The notes beneath the pieces are model-generated. The model was not told where the DNA came from, made no database searches, and saw only the letters and a list, made by a program, of their open reading frames with translations. Shown here piece after piece: positions 37,901-49,874 of a stretch of DNA of 64,000 bases. Origin of the DNA: Eledone cirrhosa. Lineage: Eukaryota. Position 1 is the first letter of the stretch. Every line of letters begins with the position of its first letter. Position numbers and translations under genes: made by a program. The stretch lies in the NCBI GenBank assembly GCA_964016885.1, contig OZ024741.1, forward strand, positions 36,642,001 to 36,706,000, in the 5' to 3' direction.

Positions 37901-38554
37901 CTGGTCCTTGTTCTAGGATATAAAACTGTCCTGTATTAAACTGTCCATCCAACATAATTTTATGAAAGAAAATTGTATTCCAAACTTTACTTACCAATTA
38001 AAAATTTAGTTATTTTACTAAACCCTTCCAAATTCTTAATTATTTTCAAAATTAATTGAAACATATAATCAGTGTATTCTGGGCCATGTTCACCTTGAAA
38101 TACATCTTTCTAGAAAGATTAACCAGTTATTTATGCAGTATGAATTAACGAAGGCAGTGAATTAGCAGAGTCATTAGACTATGTTATTCCTTTTGTCTCA
38201 CTGAGGTGAACTTTGCCTTATATCCTTTTGAGGTCAATAAAGAGGTACCAGTTCATTACTTGGGTAAATTCTTCCTCTACTCTTGGGTCCCAAATAATAG
38301 AGGGGTGGGGTGGAATAAGCAGGGGTGTTGGAAAATCGGTAATATTTCTAGGTTGTCTTTATTGATTTAAAAAAAAAAAACCCAGAGTTAATCATTTAGT
38401 TTACATATTGAGACCTCAACCCGATTCGATATTATGTGAGATAAAGCCTTTACCACAAAAATACAATAGTACATATAGAGTAATGTAAATGCTAAAGGGT
38501 TAAGATATGGTCCTTAAATAAAAGTATTTTGAAAAATATTAATTTTAATAGAAT

Positions 38555-38767
38555 CCCTTTAGCATTTACATTACTCTACTATTATATTTTCATGGTAAAG
38601 GCTTTATTTCACATAATTTTCTCATATAATATGGAATTTATGAGATTTTGATGATGTTATTTATTTTGAGAACAATACCTAATGAGTCGCCAATTACAGC
38701 CGGTTTGAACAAAAAGAAGTGAGAGAATTCTGGCTGGATATGACCGGTTTAAATGCTAAAGGGTTAA
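38555..38767. mobile_element. piggyBac-type MITE (family A), adjoining a family B end (to 38831)
   Basis: CCCTTTAGCATTTA ... TAAATGCTAAAGGG-TTAA; half copy in opposite orientation at 38410-38502. Confidence 0.75.
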
Positions 38768-39907
38768 AATGGATGGGTCTGTTTCATAGAACCAGAGCTG
38801 GTTTGGCACAGGTTGGTATGAAAAAGGTTAAAACAGGGAGTTCTGTATCATATCAAGGATGGTTTTAGTTAGGTTTGAGTCAAAACAGTTGAACATGAAC
38901 TGAATGATCCTTTTGCTGACATTTTACTAAGCAGGTTATCTAAGATAAAGTATAGAGAACTGATGAACCACAAGTGTACTTTAGTATTGATTTCTCTTCA
39001 CTAGACACATTGCCAATTTTTCTAATGGTGTCATATATATAGACAAGAAGAATCGATGCACTAATTTTAGGAAACCTTGGAGTGATGAAATGTCATTAAC
39101 CCTGCTGAAACCTGTACTCATCATAGGGAGACACGAGTAACTTTTTTCATACCAAACCACCCCTGCCTTTGATACAAAGCTGTTTCATTTAACTCTTAAC
39201 ATCCTGTAATGATTTAGAATGTAGAAAATATCTAAAGAAGAGGTTTGTTCATTCAAATATTTATGTCTTTACTAATGGGAAGGTCGTCATCATCATCATC
39301 ATGTGAAAATTTGCTGTAAAGCAAAGTAAAATTTTAATTTTGAATGTGATTTAGTCATGGTGTTGTTTTGTAGTTTTCAAGAATATCTTGCTAATACAGT
39401 TTCATGAGGTAGGTGATGTTAAGAGTTAAGATTATGTATCAAGCTATGTTAGTGTTAGTGCTAATATGTATATATCATCATCACTGTTTAATGTTCATTT
39501 TTCCACGCTACCATGGGTTGTACGAGTTGTTCCGTTGTGAGATAAGCCAGGTTAGATGACGTCATACAGAACTGATTTTGGTTTGGTTTCTACTGCTGGA
39601 TATCACCAACCATATTTACAGTGTATACGCATCACATGTCCATACCTACATAATCTCCTCTCCTGCACACTGCATCTGATCACTTTTATGTCCAGTTTTC
39701 TCTGTTTTATTTGCTTTATCATTCATGTATATTACTATTACACATCCACCGAAGCATGCCAGCTTATATATATATATATATATGTCCATTTCTTTGGAAA
39801 AGACATAGGTTGGCAAGAAGTTTCAGATAGGTGACTTTCTGGGTAATAGGAAGATGAAAGACAAATCAGAAGTGCTTGAGTAGGTATAGAGATATGTGTG
39901 TGTATTG

Positions 39908-39964
<57 letters not shown>

Positions 39965-40113
39965 GGAGTGTGACTTGGAGTTACTGTAGGTTCACCCGGG
40001 TGAGCACTCGAAGTTTAGGTTCACTTCTGTATCGAGGTGTAGAGCTATACAGAGTGAATTATAGTAAAATAAAACAAGGACAAGTGATTACTCCTTCATT
40101 ACGTTAATTAGTT

Positions 40114-40198
40114 GGTGACGCGCGTTTCGCCACTGATCACCTCAAGGTTCGATCTATATCGATCTAGCCCGACTCTGTAATCAACGGCTAGTCAGACC
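40114..40198 (-). ncRNA. Hammerhead-like motif with variant core (G8 to U) and extended stem II
   Basis: Minus strand: GGT-CTGACTA-GCCGTTGATTAC...GTGATCAGTGGC-GAAA-CGCGCG-TC^ACC; 12-bp stem II, palindromic stem III, GUC triplet, only 3-bp stem I. Confidence 0.45.
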
Positions 40199-40311
40199 CT
40201 TTATAAAGGTAATGAAAATATATACTTCGTTTTTGTATTTGTTTTGCAAGATTTCTTATCTGAAAACCCGTGTTGAAACAGATATTGTTATACATTGTGA
40301 GGGTCACGTTG

Positions 40312-40650
40312 CCAATAAAAACACATTCACCTGTTGGTTTTTACTTATAAATTTCCAGTTGGTTAGTTTAATAACTGGATGGCTGTTTATTGTCAAATCT
40401 CTCATCACATATTATGTGACTTCCTCAGTGACTTATTTGATATTTTGTCTCTCTTTTTTGTTCTGTCCTACATCATCTTGTTTTTGTGGCATAGGACATA
40501 ACAAATAAGAGACACAAAATAACTAATTAGTCACTAATTAGTCACTAAGGAGGTAAACAAATAATAAATCATCTGGTTATTAAACTAGCCAACTGGAAAT
40601 TTATAATGAATTGAAGTGAAAACCAACAGGTGAATGTGTTTTTTATTGGA
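40312..40650. repeat. Long imperfect palindrome (fold-back/MITE-like)
   Basis: CCAATAAAAACACATTCACCTGTTGGTTTT...TTATAAATTTCCAGTTGG.TAGTTTAATAAC mirrored at 40575-40650; inner arms TTTTGT.TCTCTT...TGTCCTA / TAGGACA...AAGAGACACAAAA. Confidence 0.85.
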
Positions 40651-41095
40651 TTCACAATAGTGAGGTTGTGATTTTGATTCGCAGACTGGGTGATGCGTTA
40701 TGTCCTTGAGTAAGACACTTTATTTCACATTGCTCTTTCTGTCTGGAGTTGCAACTAACTAATAGTATTAGCAATTGGAAAGACCAATGGAAACATTATT
40801 TCCTCAGTCCAATTTGACGAGCTCCACCCCACTCATTAAGTGAATGAGGTCTGGGATCTTGTTGATCGACTATCTATCTATCTATCTATCTCGGAGAAGA
40901 TAGACGTGTTTTTGTTTCGCTCCTGCATTTTGTCGGAATTCATTACGAGAAGCGGTAGGTCTGTTTAAGTAATTTGTTATTTGTTGTGTTTAACCCCTCG
41001 CCTGGGTCTGCAGACGTTGGGTAGAATAAATTTTGCCCCATTTTGGGGCGAAATTTAATAGTTATAAGTTGTCGAAAAAAAGTCATTTAGTGACA

Positions 41096-42372
41096 ATGGA
41101 CGCCATTAATACGACGCATGCCCCCCCCCCCCCCCCAAGGAAAGTGATAGAGAGAAGGTAGCAGCACAACGCTGTAAGCCTTCCCTCCTCACTCCCGCAA
41201 AAGACACCACGGAATCAAAAGAAAAAATTGTGGAAATGGGTGAAAACCCCAAAAGTAACAATTACACAAACAAGAACAACAATGACAATAACAACACAAC
41301 CAACAACAGCAATAATGACAACACCAACAAAAGAAAAAAAGCAAGCCAACACGAATAACAACAACAATGATAACAACACAAAAGAAAACGGACCCACAGC
41401 TGCAGTCTTCTTCGCACAGGCAGTCTGAGAAACGCAGACATACAAAAGCACTGGACACCTCGAATGGCAAGGAATTGTGTAAATTTCGGGGAAGGTGGGG
41501 AATTCACAATTACCTCCCCCGAAGAAATTAGAAGGGACACAGTACTCAGGACTGTAATCTTTAGGACAGTTTCGAACACGACTAGGAAACCGGCTCAATT
41601 GTCCCAAAGCGAAATTGAGCTGGTCCTAAGTAGTGCCTGGAAGGATATCGTTTTCATACAGAAAGGGAAACTGTATGGAAGCATATCTGTTTTAATGCAA
41701 TAAATATTCTGTGTTGCCAATTGTATCCAAAGCATACACCTTTTTCCCCACATATTTGGGGAAAAGAACTCAAAAGATAAGAATCTCGGGCATCAGGCCA
41801 AATGCGAGCATTTGGTGGGTGCTAACAGGATTCTTAGAAGATGAGGACACAATCCTTTCGATAGGCGAATCCACCGGGAGCGTATTCGGCGGCAATAGCC
41901 TTGAAGTTCTGGTCCAAATAAGACTAGAACGGATAGCAAGAATACCGCAGCGTGTGTCCCTGGATGGAGTCGCCTTCATAAACATATCTGTTGAGGGCAG
42001 GCAGGGTTCATGCTACCACTGTTCAAGAAGTGGTCACCTGAGGGCTTCCTGTCCCCTTTTAAATGCCCCCTCCCCCAGACGCTTCTGCCCACCCCACACA
42101 CAACGACACCACCACCACCACAACAACAACAACACGAAAAAATAACAACACAAGACACTGTCCCACCCAATCCTTCCTCACCTAAAACAAATACAAAAGC
42201 AACCACAACAAAACCCCAAAATATACCCCTCCCCAACAACACGGACGAGGACCCCTTATCAACGTCATCCAGTGACGACGAGGGAGAACCTTTTCAATCT
42301 GTAAAAAGAAAGAAAAAACGGCACCACATTAACAAAAATGCAACAAACACACAACCACCAGCACAAACATAA
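41096..42372 (+). pseudogene. ORF1 (gag-like) with zinc knuckle, frameshifted
   Basis: CYHCSRSGHLRASC (CX2CX4HX4C) in 41711..42145; T/N/P-rich linkers; FQSVKRKKKR basic motif. Confidence 0.75.
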
Positions 42373-42480
42373 CAAACATCACAAACAAAAAAACCCACCC
42401 CTCCCGAAAACATAACACATACTACAAAATGCAAACACACACAAGAACAATAAACAAAAACAAACAACACAAAAAACAGT

Positions 42481-45125
42481 ATCTAGGTCGTACCTAGATA
42501 GGTTCCTAGTTAGAAATAAGGATAGGGACATATTAAGCTGTCCACGAATGTTCATGGTTGACTATTCGGATCACAAGTTGGTGACCGGAGTGGTCAACCT
42601 TGATAGAACCCATAGACAAAGACCCGGTTACTGGAAGCTAAACTTGTCCTTACCGACAAACAACGCTTACAGTAAGCGGATTAGCACTCTAGTTAAGCAG
42701 CGGTTGACGGGGGCAATTGTCAACAGCAGGTGATGGGGCTCTCTCAAGAGAGAAATTAGAATAGAATCGATAGGTTTTAGTCAGGAATTAGCATCAGATA
42801 GGAATAGAAATGAAAGGGAATTGATAGATAGAGTAGAAGAGGCGATTAGGAGGGGCAACGTGGCCGGTGTGCTGGCATCAAGAACGGCCCTAGACCAGTT
42901 CTTTGATGTGAAGCACGAGGGCTGTGTTGTCAGGAGTAAAATACGTGCTCTGGGTAACGAGGGAGCCAAAGCTGTTAGCTGGGCCCGAGTGACAGGCAAA
43001 AAGTGTAAACAAGTCCACGATTCGGTCTTTGAAGGACCAGGATGGACGTGTGATCCTTGAACCTGAGTGGATGTGCGCCGCCTTTCAACGGCGCTTTGCA
43101 CGACTGTTCGGGGCGGGGCCGGGTGAGGCCATGGATTTCGGTCAATACCTCGATGGTCTGTTGTGGCTCTCAGACGGGGAGGCGAAGTCCTGTGAAAGGC
43201 CGATTTCAGCCGCTGAAATAGGGGAAGCGCTGAGCCTATGCGGCAAACGCAAATCTCCCGGTCTCGATGGTCTACCATACAAACTTTATGTAGTGATGCC
43301 GGACTTGTTCTCCGATCTCCTCGAGGTGGTCTACTGCAACTGGCAACAGAACAGGAGAATTCCCAGTTCTGTGACCAAGGGCGTAGTCACACTGGTGAGG
43401 AAGGGCGAGAACAAGGGGGATGACATATATAACTTCAGGCTCATAACTCTGCTAAGGCGTTCGATAGGGTCGACCATCGGTACCTGGATACGGTGCTCGC
43501 GGCGGCAGGCTTCGGATCCGTTTTCAGGGGCTGGATTGCTGCAATGCACAGCAGCAACACCTGCTCGAGGGTCAAGGTGAACGGCTAACTCTCGGAGCCG
43601 TTCCAAATCGCGCGATTCATCCGACAGGGATGCCCTCTCTCCTCCCTTCTGTATGTGCTGGCTCTCGAACCACTACTGCAGAAGTTGGAGCTGTTGCATG
43701 GAATCCCCTTGGAACCGGGATTGCGGAAAGCGGTGTCGGCCTACGCCGATGATGTGACAGTAATGGTGTCGTGCGCCTCGGAAATCGGGCAGATCGGCAC
43801 CTTACTGGAGGAATACAAAAGTTTTACAGGAGCCAAGCTGAACCGGGACAAGTCCGTCGGTTTGCAACTCAGAACGTGGAGAGGCAAACCGATGCCCTCT
43901 GACGGCGGCGTCGGGCACTGGATGGAGGGACTGGTGAAGCTGCTCGGGGTCTGGTTTGGACTGGACCTCCAGGTGGAGAAAAACTGGGACAAGGTAACGG
44001 GCAGGGTGTTTGTACTCACCCAGAAGTGGGCCGAGTGCAAACTATCCCTGAAAGGTCGAGCGGAGGTGGCGAACACTTATATAGCGTCCGTCATCTACTA
44101 CTGCTTGACCGTCGTGTGCCTTGCCCAGCGAAAACGCTCGCCAAAATGGAGCGCGCGCTCTGCCGATTCCTTTGGAAGAAGCGGGCCCCTTTGTTGAGAA
44201 GATCCATCTGCTGTCAACACCCTTCGAACGGAGGGCTGGGGATGCTGTGGCTGACGATGCGTAGACACGCATTAAGGCTACGGCTCCTCCAGGTATTCCT
44301 CACCGGTCAGCCGGTGTGGGCCCCTTTTGTGAGGCGAGCCTTTCTGAGACTCATCTCACTCACCGAGCTCCAATCCTGGGTCAAGCAAAGATCGAGAAAA
44401 GTGGGCGACTGGCACATTGAATGTGCCCAGGCGCTCACGGCCCTCTGACAAGCGGATCCGGCAATCAGTGGAGACTCAACCTCAACATTCTATAGAGGGT
44501 TGGTGCACAGCAAGTGCGACGATGCTCTTGAAGAGGCTCTGGGCATGGAGGAAGACGAGCTAGCCAGTCTGTTCGGTAGGATGTTTGGCCCGGGACCGAT
44601 GGACAACTTCCAAAAGTCCCTGGCTTGGCAGTGCTACCAAGGAGCTCTACCCGTTCGGGACAAGCTCTACAGACACGGGCACCCGGGTAGGGACCCCTCG
44701 AAGAAGATCTGTCCGAGATGCGTGCGTGACGAGGAAACCGTCGCGCATGCATTCGTACAGTGCCCGGGCGTTGCTGACCTGTGGGGTTATGTGGAACGAC
44801 TACTGTCGCGGGTGGGACCAATCCGGTTGACCACCGAGTACATTGTCACGATCAAACCGCCTCCCCCTTCAAAAGCGAAGGAGAGGCGGTTTTCCTCTGT
44901 GTGATAGCTATGGCGAAAGAGGTTGTATGGTGGACGAGGTTGAAAGGGCTGAGGTCAGACACGTTTCTCTCCGGCCAACAACTGGTCCTTTTTTTCAAGT
45001 ACCATTTTAGAAGAAGGATCAGAATGGAGAGAGAGGTGCTCTACCCCAGCAAATTTTATGAAAGGTGGGTGAAAGTGGTGAGAATGGCCCGAGTGAATGG
45101 GCCTTCTCTCTATATCAGCCTGTAG
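42481..45125 (+). pseudogene. ORF2: APE endonuclease C-terminal remnant, reverse transcriptase, C-terminal zinc-binding motif
   Basis: SYLDRFLV, SDHKLV, GYWKLN, KSPGLDGLP, KAFDRVDH, IRQGCPLS, SAYADD, KLLGVWFG, GGLGM, CPRC-x5-ETVAHAFVQC-like motif; most of APE and part of RT (~43455) are deleted. Confidence 0.9.
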
Positions 45126-45360
45126 GTGAGAGAGGAGAGGAAGAGAGCACCCGCTCTTTGTGCTCCTGAGGAGGAGGGTTGCACATTTTTTTCGGGGGTG
45201 TGTGCGACCCACGTCAACGCCCCCTCCCTATTGAGGACATCGATTGTTGAATTTTATTTGTTATATGTTTTTACATGTCCTTTGAAATGTATGTAAACTC
45301 CCCCCCCCCCTTGTATTTGTCCCAATCTTTGATGCCCTGGTGGCAAATAAATAGAAAGTT

Positions 45361-45600
45361 ATCTATCTATCTATCTATATATATATGGATATGTGTATGT
45401 ATATGCGTATGTGTATGTGTATGTATATGCATATGTGTATATATATATATGTATATGCATATGTGTATATATATATGCATATGCATATGTATGCATATGC
45501 ATATGTGTATATATGTATATGCATATATATGTATATGCATATATATGTATATGCATGTATATGTATATATATATATGCATATGTGAATATGTATATGCAT
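45361..45600. repeat. (CTAT)n then (TATATG/TGCATA)n low-complexity tract
   Basis: Direct reading. Confidence 0.9.
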
Positions 45601-46399
45601 CATCATCATCATCATCGTTTAACGTCCATCTTTCACGCTAGCATGGGTTTGGACGGGAATTTTCCCACTTGGGCAAGATTAGTTGACTTGCTCGTATAGG
45701 ACTGTCTGGCGGGTTTTCTATGGCTGGATGCCCTTCCTAACACCAACCACGTTTACAGTGTGGACTGGGAGGTTTTTGCCGTGTTGCCTACACGGCCACA
45801 TTACAGCGTGGACTGTGTTTTTTTTGTTGTGACACCCACACGACCTCATTTGTTTCGGACTGGATGTTGTGGTACCAACATAACTTTACATTGAAAGGGG
45901 TGGTGTGGATGGGGTGGGGGTAGTGGGACGGGGGTGTATTTTTGTTAGAGGTGCCTACTGACTGTAGGTTTCGCTTTGTACTTAGGCAAGGCGGGTCTTC
46001 TGTATTACTGTGTAGCGCCAAAGATCTCAGTCCAGTGACATTGTCTTGGAGAGGTGTAAGTGTGTGAGGTCGGAATTTATCAAGTTGTTCCAGGTTTTTC
46101 TGTGTCTGCCTACTCCGTGGCTACCGTCTATTTTTATCGCCCTGCACTTTATTTTTATACAGCTGTCGTCTTTCATGCGCATCACTTGACTGTACCAACG
46201 TAGTCTTCTCTCGAGTAAACAACATCTGATCCCTCTTATTCCTAATTTTTCCCTTAGTTCATTTATGCTTTGCCGTTCATGTATATTACTATTACACATC
46301 CAGCGGAGCATGCAAGCTTCGTTCCTCTCCAGTCTGCGTATATCCTCTGCACACAATGCCCAGGTCTCACTGCCATGTAACATGGCTGTTCGTATGCAT
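45598..46399 (-). mobile_element. 5'-truncated RTE copy, same family as 16865-18720
   Basis: ORF 46027..46419 (RTAMLHGSETW...RRLRWYSQVMRM) and a 3' UTR closely matching 16865-17660. Confidence 0.92.
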
Positions 46400-46644
46400 A
46401 TGTATATATGTATATGCATATGTATATATGTGTATATGCATATATATATATATATATATATATGTGTATGTGTGTGTGTATGTGCATTCTTAATTTACTT
46501 GGTGTTAAGTATTTCAAGTCAAACTACAATTTATATATTTGTATATTTATATGAAAATTATACATTAATATGGGTGTGATCTTATTGTATGTCTTATATT
46601 TAAAGTTAATATATACCTGTAGGAACAACATGAACATCTGTTTA

Positions 46645-46814
46645 TTCACACACACACACTCTGATAACCACACACTCACTCATTCAAATACACATACATG
46701 GTCACTCACACATACATGGTCACTCACTCACACACTCACTCACACACTCACTCATTCACACACACATACATACTCACTCACACATTCACCCACTCTCACA
46801 CATCCACCCACTCT

Positions 46815-46871
<57 letters not shown>

Positions 46872-47360
46872 GAAATAGCATGGATGGAAACAACAAACTT
46901 CCTACCAATTAACATCTAGCCTGCCACCACCACCTCAACAACAACAGCAACAACAATTACTTTCACCACCAATTCCACTATCACCACCACCTCGTCCACT
47001 ACCATCACAACAATTACTTCCACCACCAATTCCACTATCACCACCACCACCACCTCCACCACTACCATCACAACAACAATTACTTCCACCACCAATTCCA
47101 CTATCACCACCATCACCCCATCCATTTACACTACAACCACCATAATAACCATCACCACTACAAAAACCTATACCATCAACACCCACACCTCAACTATTTC
47201 CACCACCACCACCACCACCACCACCATCATCACCACCACCACCACCACCATCATCACCACCACCACCACCAACATCACCACCACCAACACCAACATCACC
47301 ACTACCACCACCACCACCAACATCACCACTACCACCATCATCACCACCATCAATACCATT
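46645..47360. repeat. (CA)n/(CACT)n tract followed by (CAC)n tract with ~60-bp sub-repeats
   Basis: Direct reading; ACAATTACTT.CACCACCAATTCCACTATCACC occurs three times in 46950-47110. Confidence 0.9.
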
Positions 47361-48290
47361 GTTAACATGTCTTCCACTTATCTGGCAAGCTGTTCAGACT
47401 TTACTCTCTTCTCTATACTAACATAGTTGAGATGTGTCTGTCTTCCAAGTCACCTCTGTTTACTATAATCACATGTACAGTTGAGGGATGTGATATACTA
47501 ATTATCACTACTAAACTACTGTTTTATGTCTATTTTCCATGCACGCGTAGGTTAGATGGGTTGTTATGTGCAGAGGTTACACAGGTAGATGAGTGCGTCT
47601 TACTCGTTAGGTTTCATTCTGGCATAGTTTCAATAGCGGGATGCCCTTCCTTATACCTACTGGGTACATTTTATCATAGCATCATGTATATCTGTGATCA
47701 GAGTTGTTTTCATTTGACATCTTTTATACTTAGTCAGGTCTCTAGTTACACAGATAATTATCATCATCATCGTCATCATTTTATGCTCTTTTACTATGCT
47801 GGCTTTGGTTGGATTGGTTGCTACATTTTGAGTTAATTATTATTCAGAGTTACTGCCTTGTTAGATAAGTTAGAGAACTATGTCTTGCGTATATGTTCCA
47901 GTTTCTGGCATCGTTTCTATACCAGGATACCCTTCTAAACATCAACCATTTGACAGAATATACTTGGTGGATTTTATTGTAGTACCGGCACTGCAAGTGC
48001 TCTGTCTACTGCAATGCACCAGAGACTTTCACATTATATACTATCTCCATTCTTTCGAGGCAAATAATCCTTTAATGAAAAGTTTTATAAGATACTCCAA
48101 ATCTGATATTTTATTAACAAAAGTTGAACTAGCAAGAATCCATTCAGCAGACATATTTCTTGGTTAAATTTTGTTTTTAACCACAGATTTCTATATAATA
48201 GAATTACTGCTGTATATACACTCATGTAAAGGCCGATCCCATGCAAAATTGACCCTTTATTTCTTACAATTTTTGGGGGGTATTTCCATG

Positions 48291-48372
48291 TATTGGGTTG
48301 TAACATAAATTCCTGCTGTTGTTATAAAACTTCTTAATAAAAAACGGCGGGAATTTATGTTACAACCCAATA
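48291..48372. mobile_element. 78-bp mariner-type mini-MITE with TA target duplication
   Basis: TA-TTGGGTTGTAACATAAATTCC...GGAATTTATGTTACAACCCAA-TA; 21-bp perfect TIR extending imperfectly to ~30 bp. Confidence 0.8.
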
Positions 48373-49183
48373 TTTCATGTAAAAATCAGCCCCCGTTCAC
48401 CGCAGAAAACAGATAAACATTTGTGAATCTAGGTATTATTTTGAACATAAATGTTACAATGAAGAAATTAATTTTACCATACTATTATGTCCTGATGTAT
48501 GCAAATGGAAATATTTATCAGAGATACGCAGCCATATTTATGTGTTTCAATCATATGAAATGTGTTTTGATGTGTAGAAACAAACACAGTTATTACTATT
48601 TATTTAGTGTTTTGTTTTTATTCATTTCTCCCTACCCATGCAGTATTCCAGCCCCTCAAAAGTAGTACTCTTGTAATAATCAACCTCATAATTCTAACCT
48701 AAAAAATTTGATTTTCACATGAGTATGCTGAGTGACAAAAAAAAAAACTGACCCCCCGTTTTTATTTATATCAACATTATTCATTTTTTGATGAAAACTG
48801 ATGAAACTCTGAATATATTTAGTTGAAACCACTAAAAGCAACATATAATTGGTGACTGGTGCAAATAATACCACCACAATCTGCAATATGGTTAGATGCA
48901 ATAAAAGAATTTATACTGTATCATCCTTCATGTGAGGTCACAAGGGCCGCATTTAGGCTTTCAATAAAGGGACCTGTTTGAAAAATATATTGCAGTCTCC
49001 ATCCAATGCTCTGAAAACTGGTGATGGATCTGCAACCTATCCTGAGAGGCATGGGATGGATGTACTAGGTTGCATATCCCAACACTCCAAAGAGAGTCTA
49101 AAAGGGCGCAAATCTTAACATAATTTTTTATGATGGGCATATTCTATTTATTTGTTTCATGTTTGTTTGTTATTTCATTACAG

Positions 49184-49266
49184 ATGTCAAGATTAAACAT
49201 AAAATTGGGCCACCCCCAATGCTTCCAGACAGGGACTACATCAATGCCAAAGATGAAGACCAGATG
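49184..49266 (+). CDS. Candidate internal coding exon (83 nt) of an unidentified host gene
   Basis: Long T-rich tract ending ttacag| acceptor, ATG|gtttgt donor; open frame xVKIKHKIGPPPMLPDRDYINAKDEDQM; no homology recognised. Confidence 0.35.
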
Positions 49267-49320
49267 GTTTGTATTTCTGTCTTTAACTCTGCTTAGTTCC
49301 AATTTAGCTATGATTAATCT

Positions 49321-49616
49321 TTAACCCATTTCATACCAACCCACTTGGGACTAACTTGGCTCTCTGACACAAACATTCTCATTTCAAAATGTTCATATTT
49401 AACCTTTTAGCATTTACATTACTCTATATATATATACCATTATATTTTCGTGGTAAAGGCTTTACCTCACATAATTATCTCAAATAATATTAAATCTATG
49501 AGATTTTGATGATAATTCCTTAACATCAGTATGAGCAGCCAGTTATGGCCAGTTTGAACAGAAAGAAGTGAAAGAATTCTGGCTGGATATGACCAGTTTA
49601 AATGCTAAAGGGTTAA
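49321..49616. mobile_element. piggyBac-type MITE family A (49399-49616) nested in a family B copy starting at 49321
   Basis: TTAA-CCTTTTAGCATTTA...TAAATGCTAAAGGG-TTAA; outer start TTAA-CCCATTTCATACCAACC. Confidence 0.75.
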
Positions 49617-49874
49617 ATGGATATTTTTTGTATCACCCTACCCAAAACAGTTTTTGTTTTTATCAAACAAAAACCACCCATTTTAAAAGATTCCTACTCA
49701 GCATAAAACTTTCCCCTCATAATTTTATATAAGAACATATGTTTATGTTATAATCAATTTGAATTGTTAACATCTTATATTGAAAAACCTGAAAGCTTGC
49801 GCAGAAATTCTTTTCTAATTTTACTCTTGACTCATCTGGAACATTTTTGCCTGACTTGCCACTTAGAACTGATA

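Larger units (their letters stand above)
40891..45360 (+). mobile_element. Tx1/L1-clade non-LTR retrotransposon, decayed, with internal deletions
   Basis: ORF1 with CCHC knuckle, ORF2 with APE remnant, RT and C-terminal Cys motif; AATAAA at ~45346; (CTAT)n on both sides. Confidence 0.9.
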
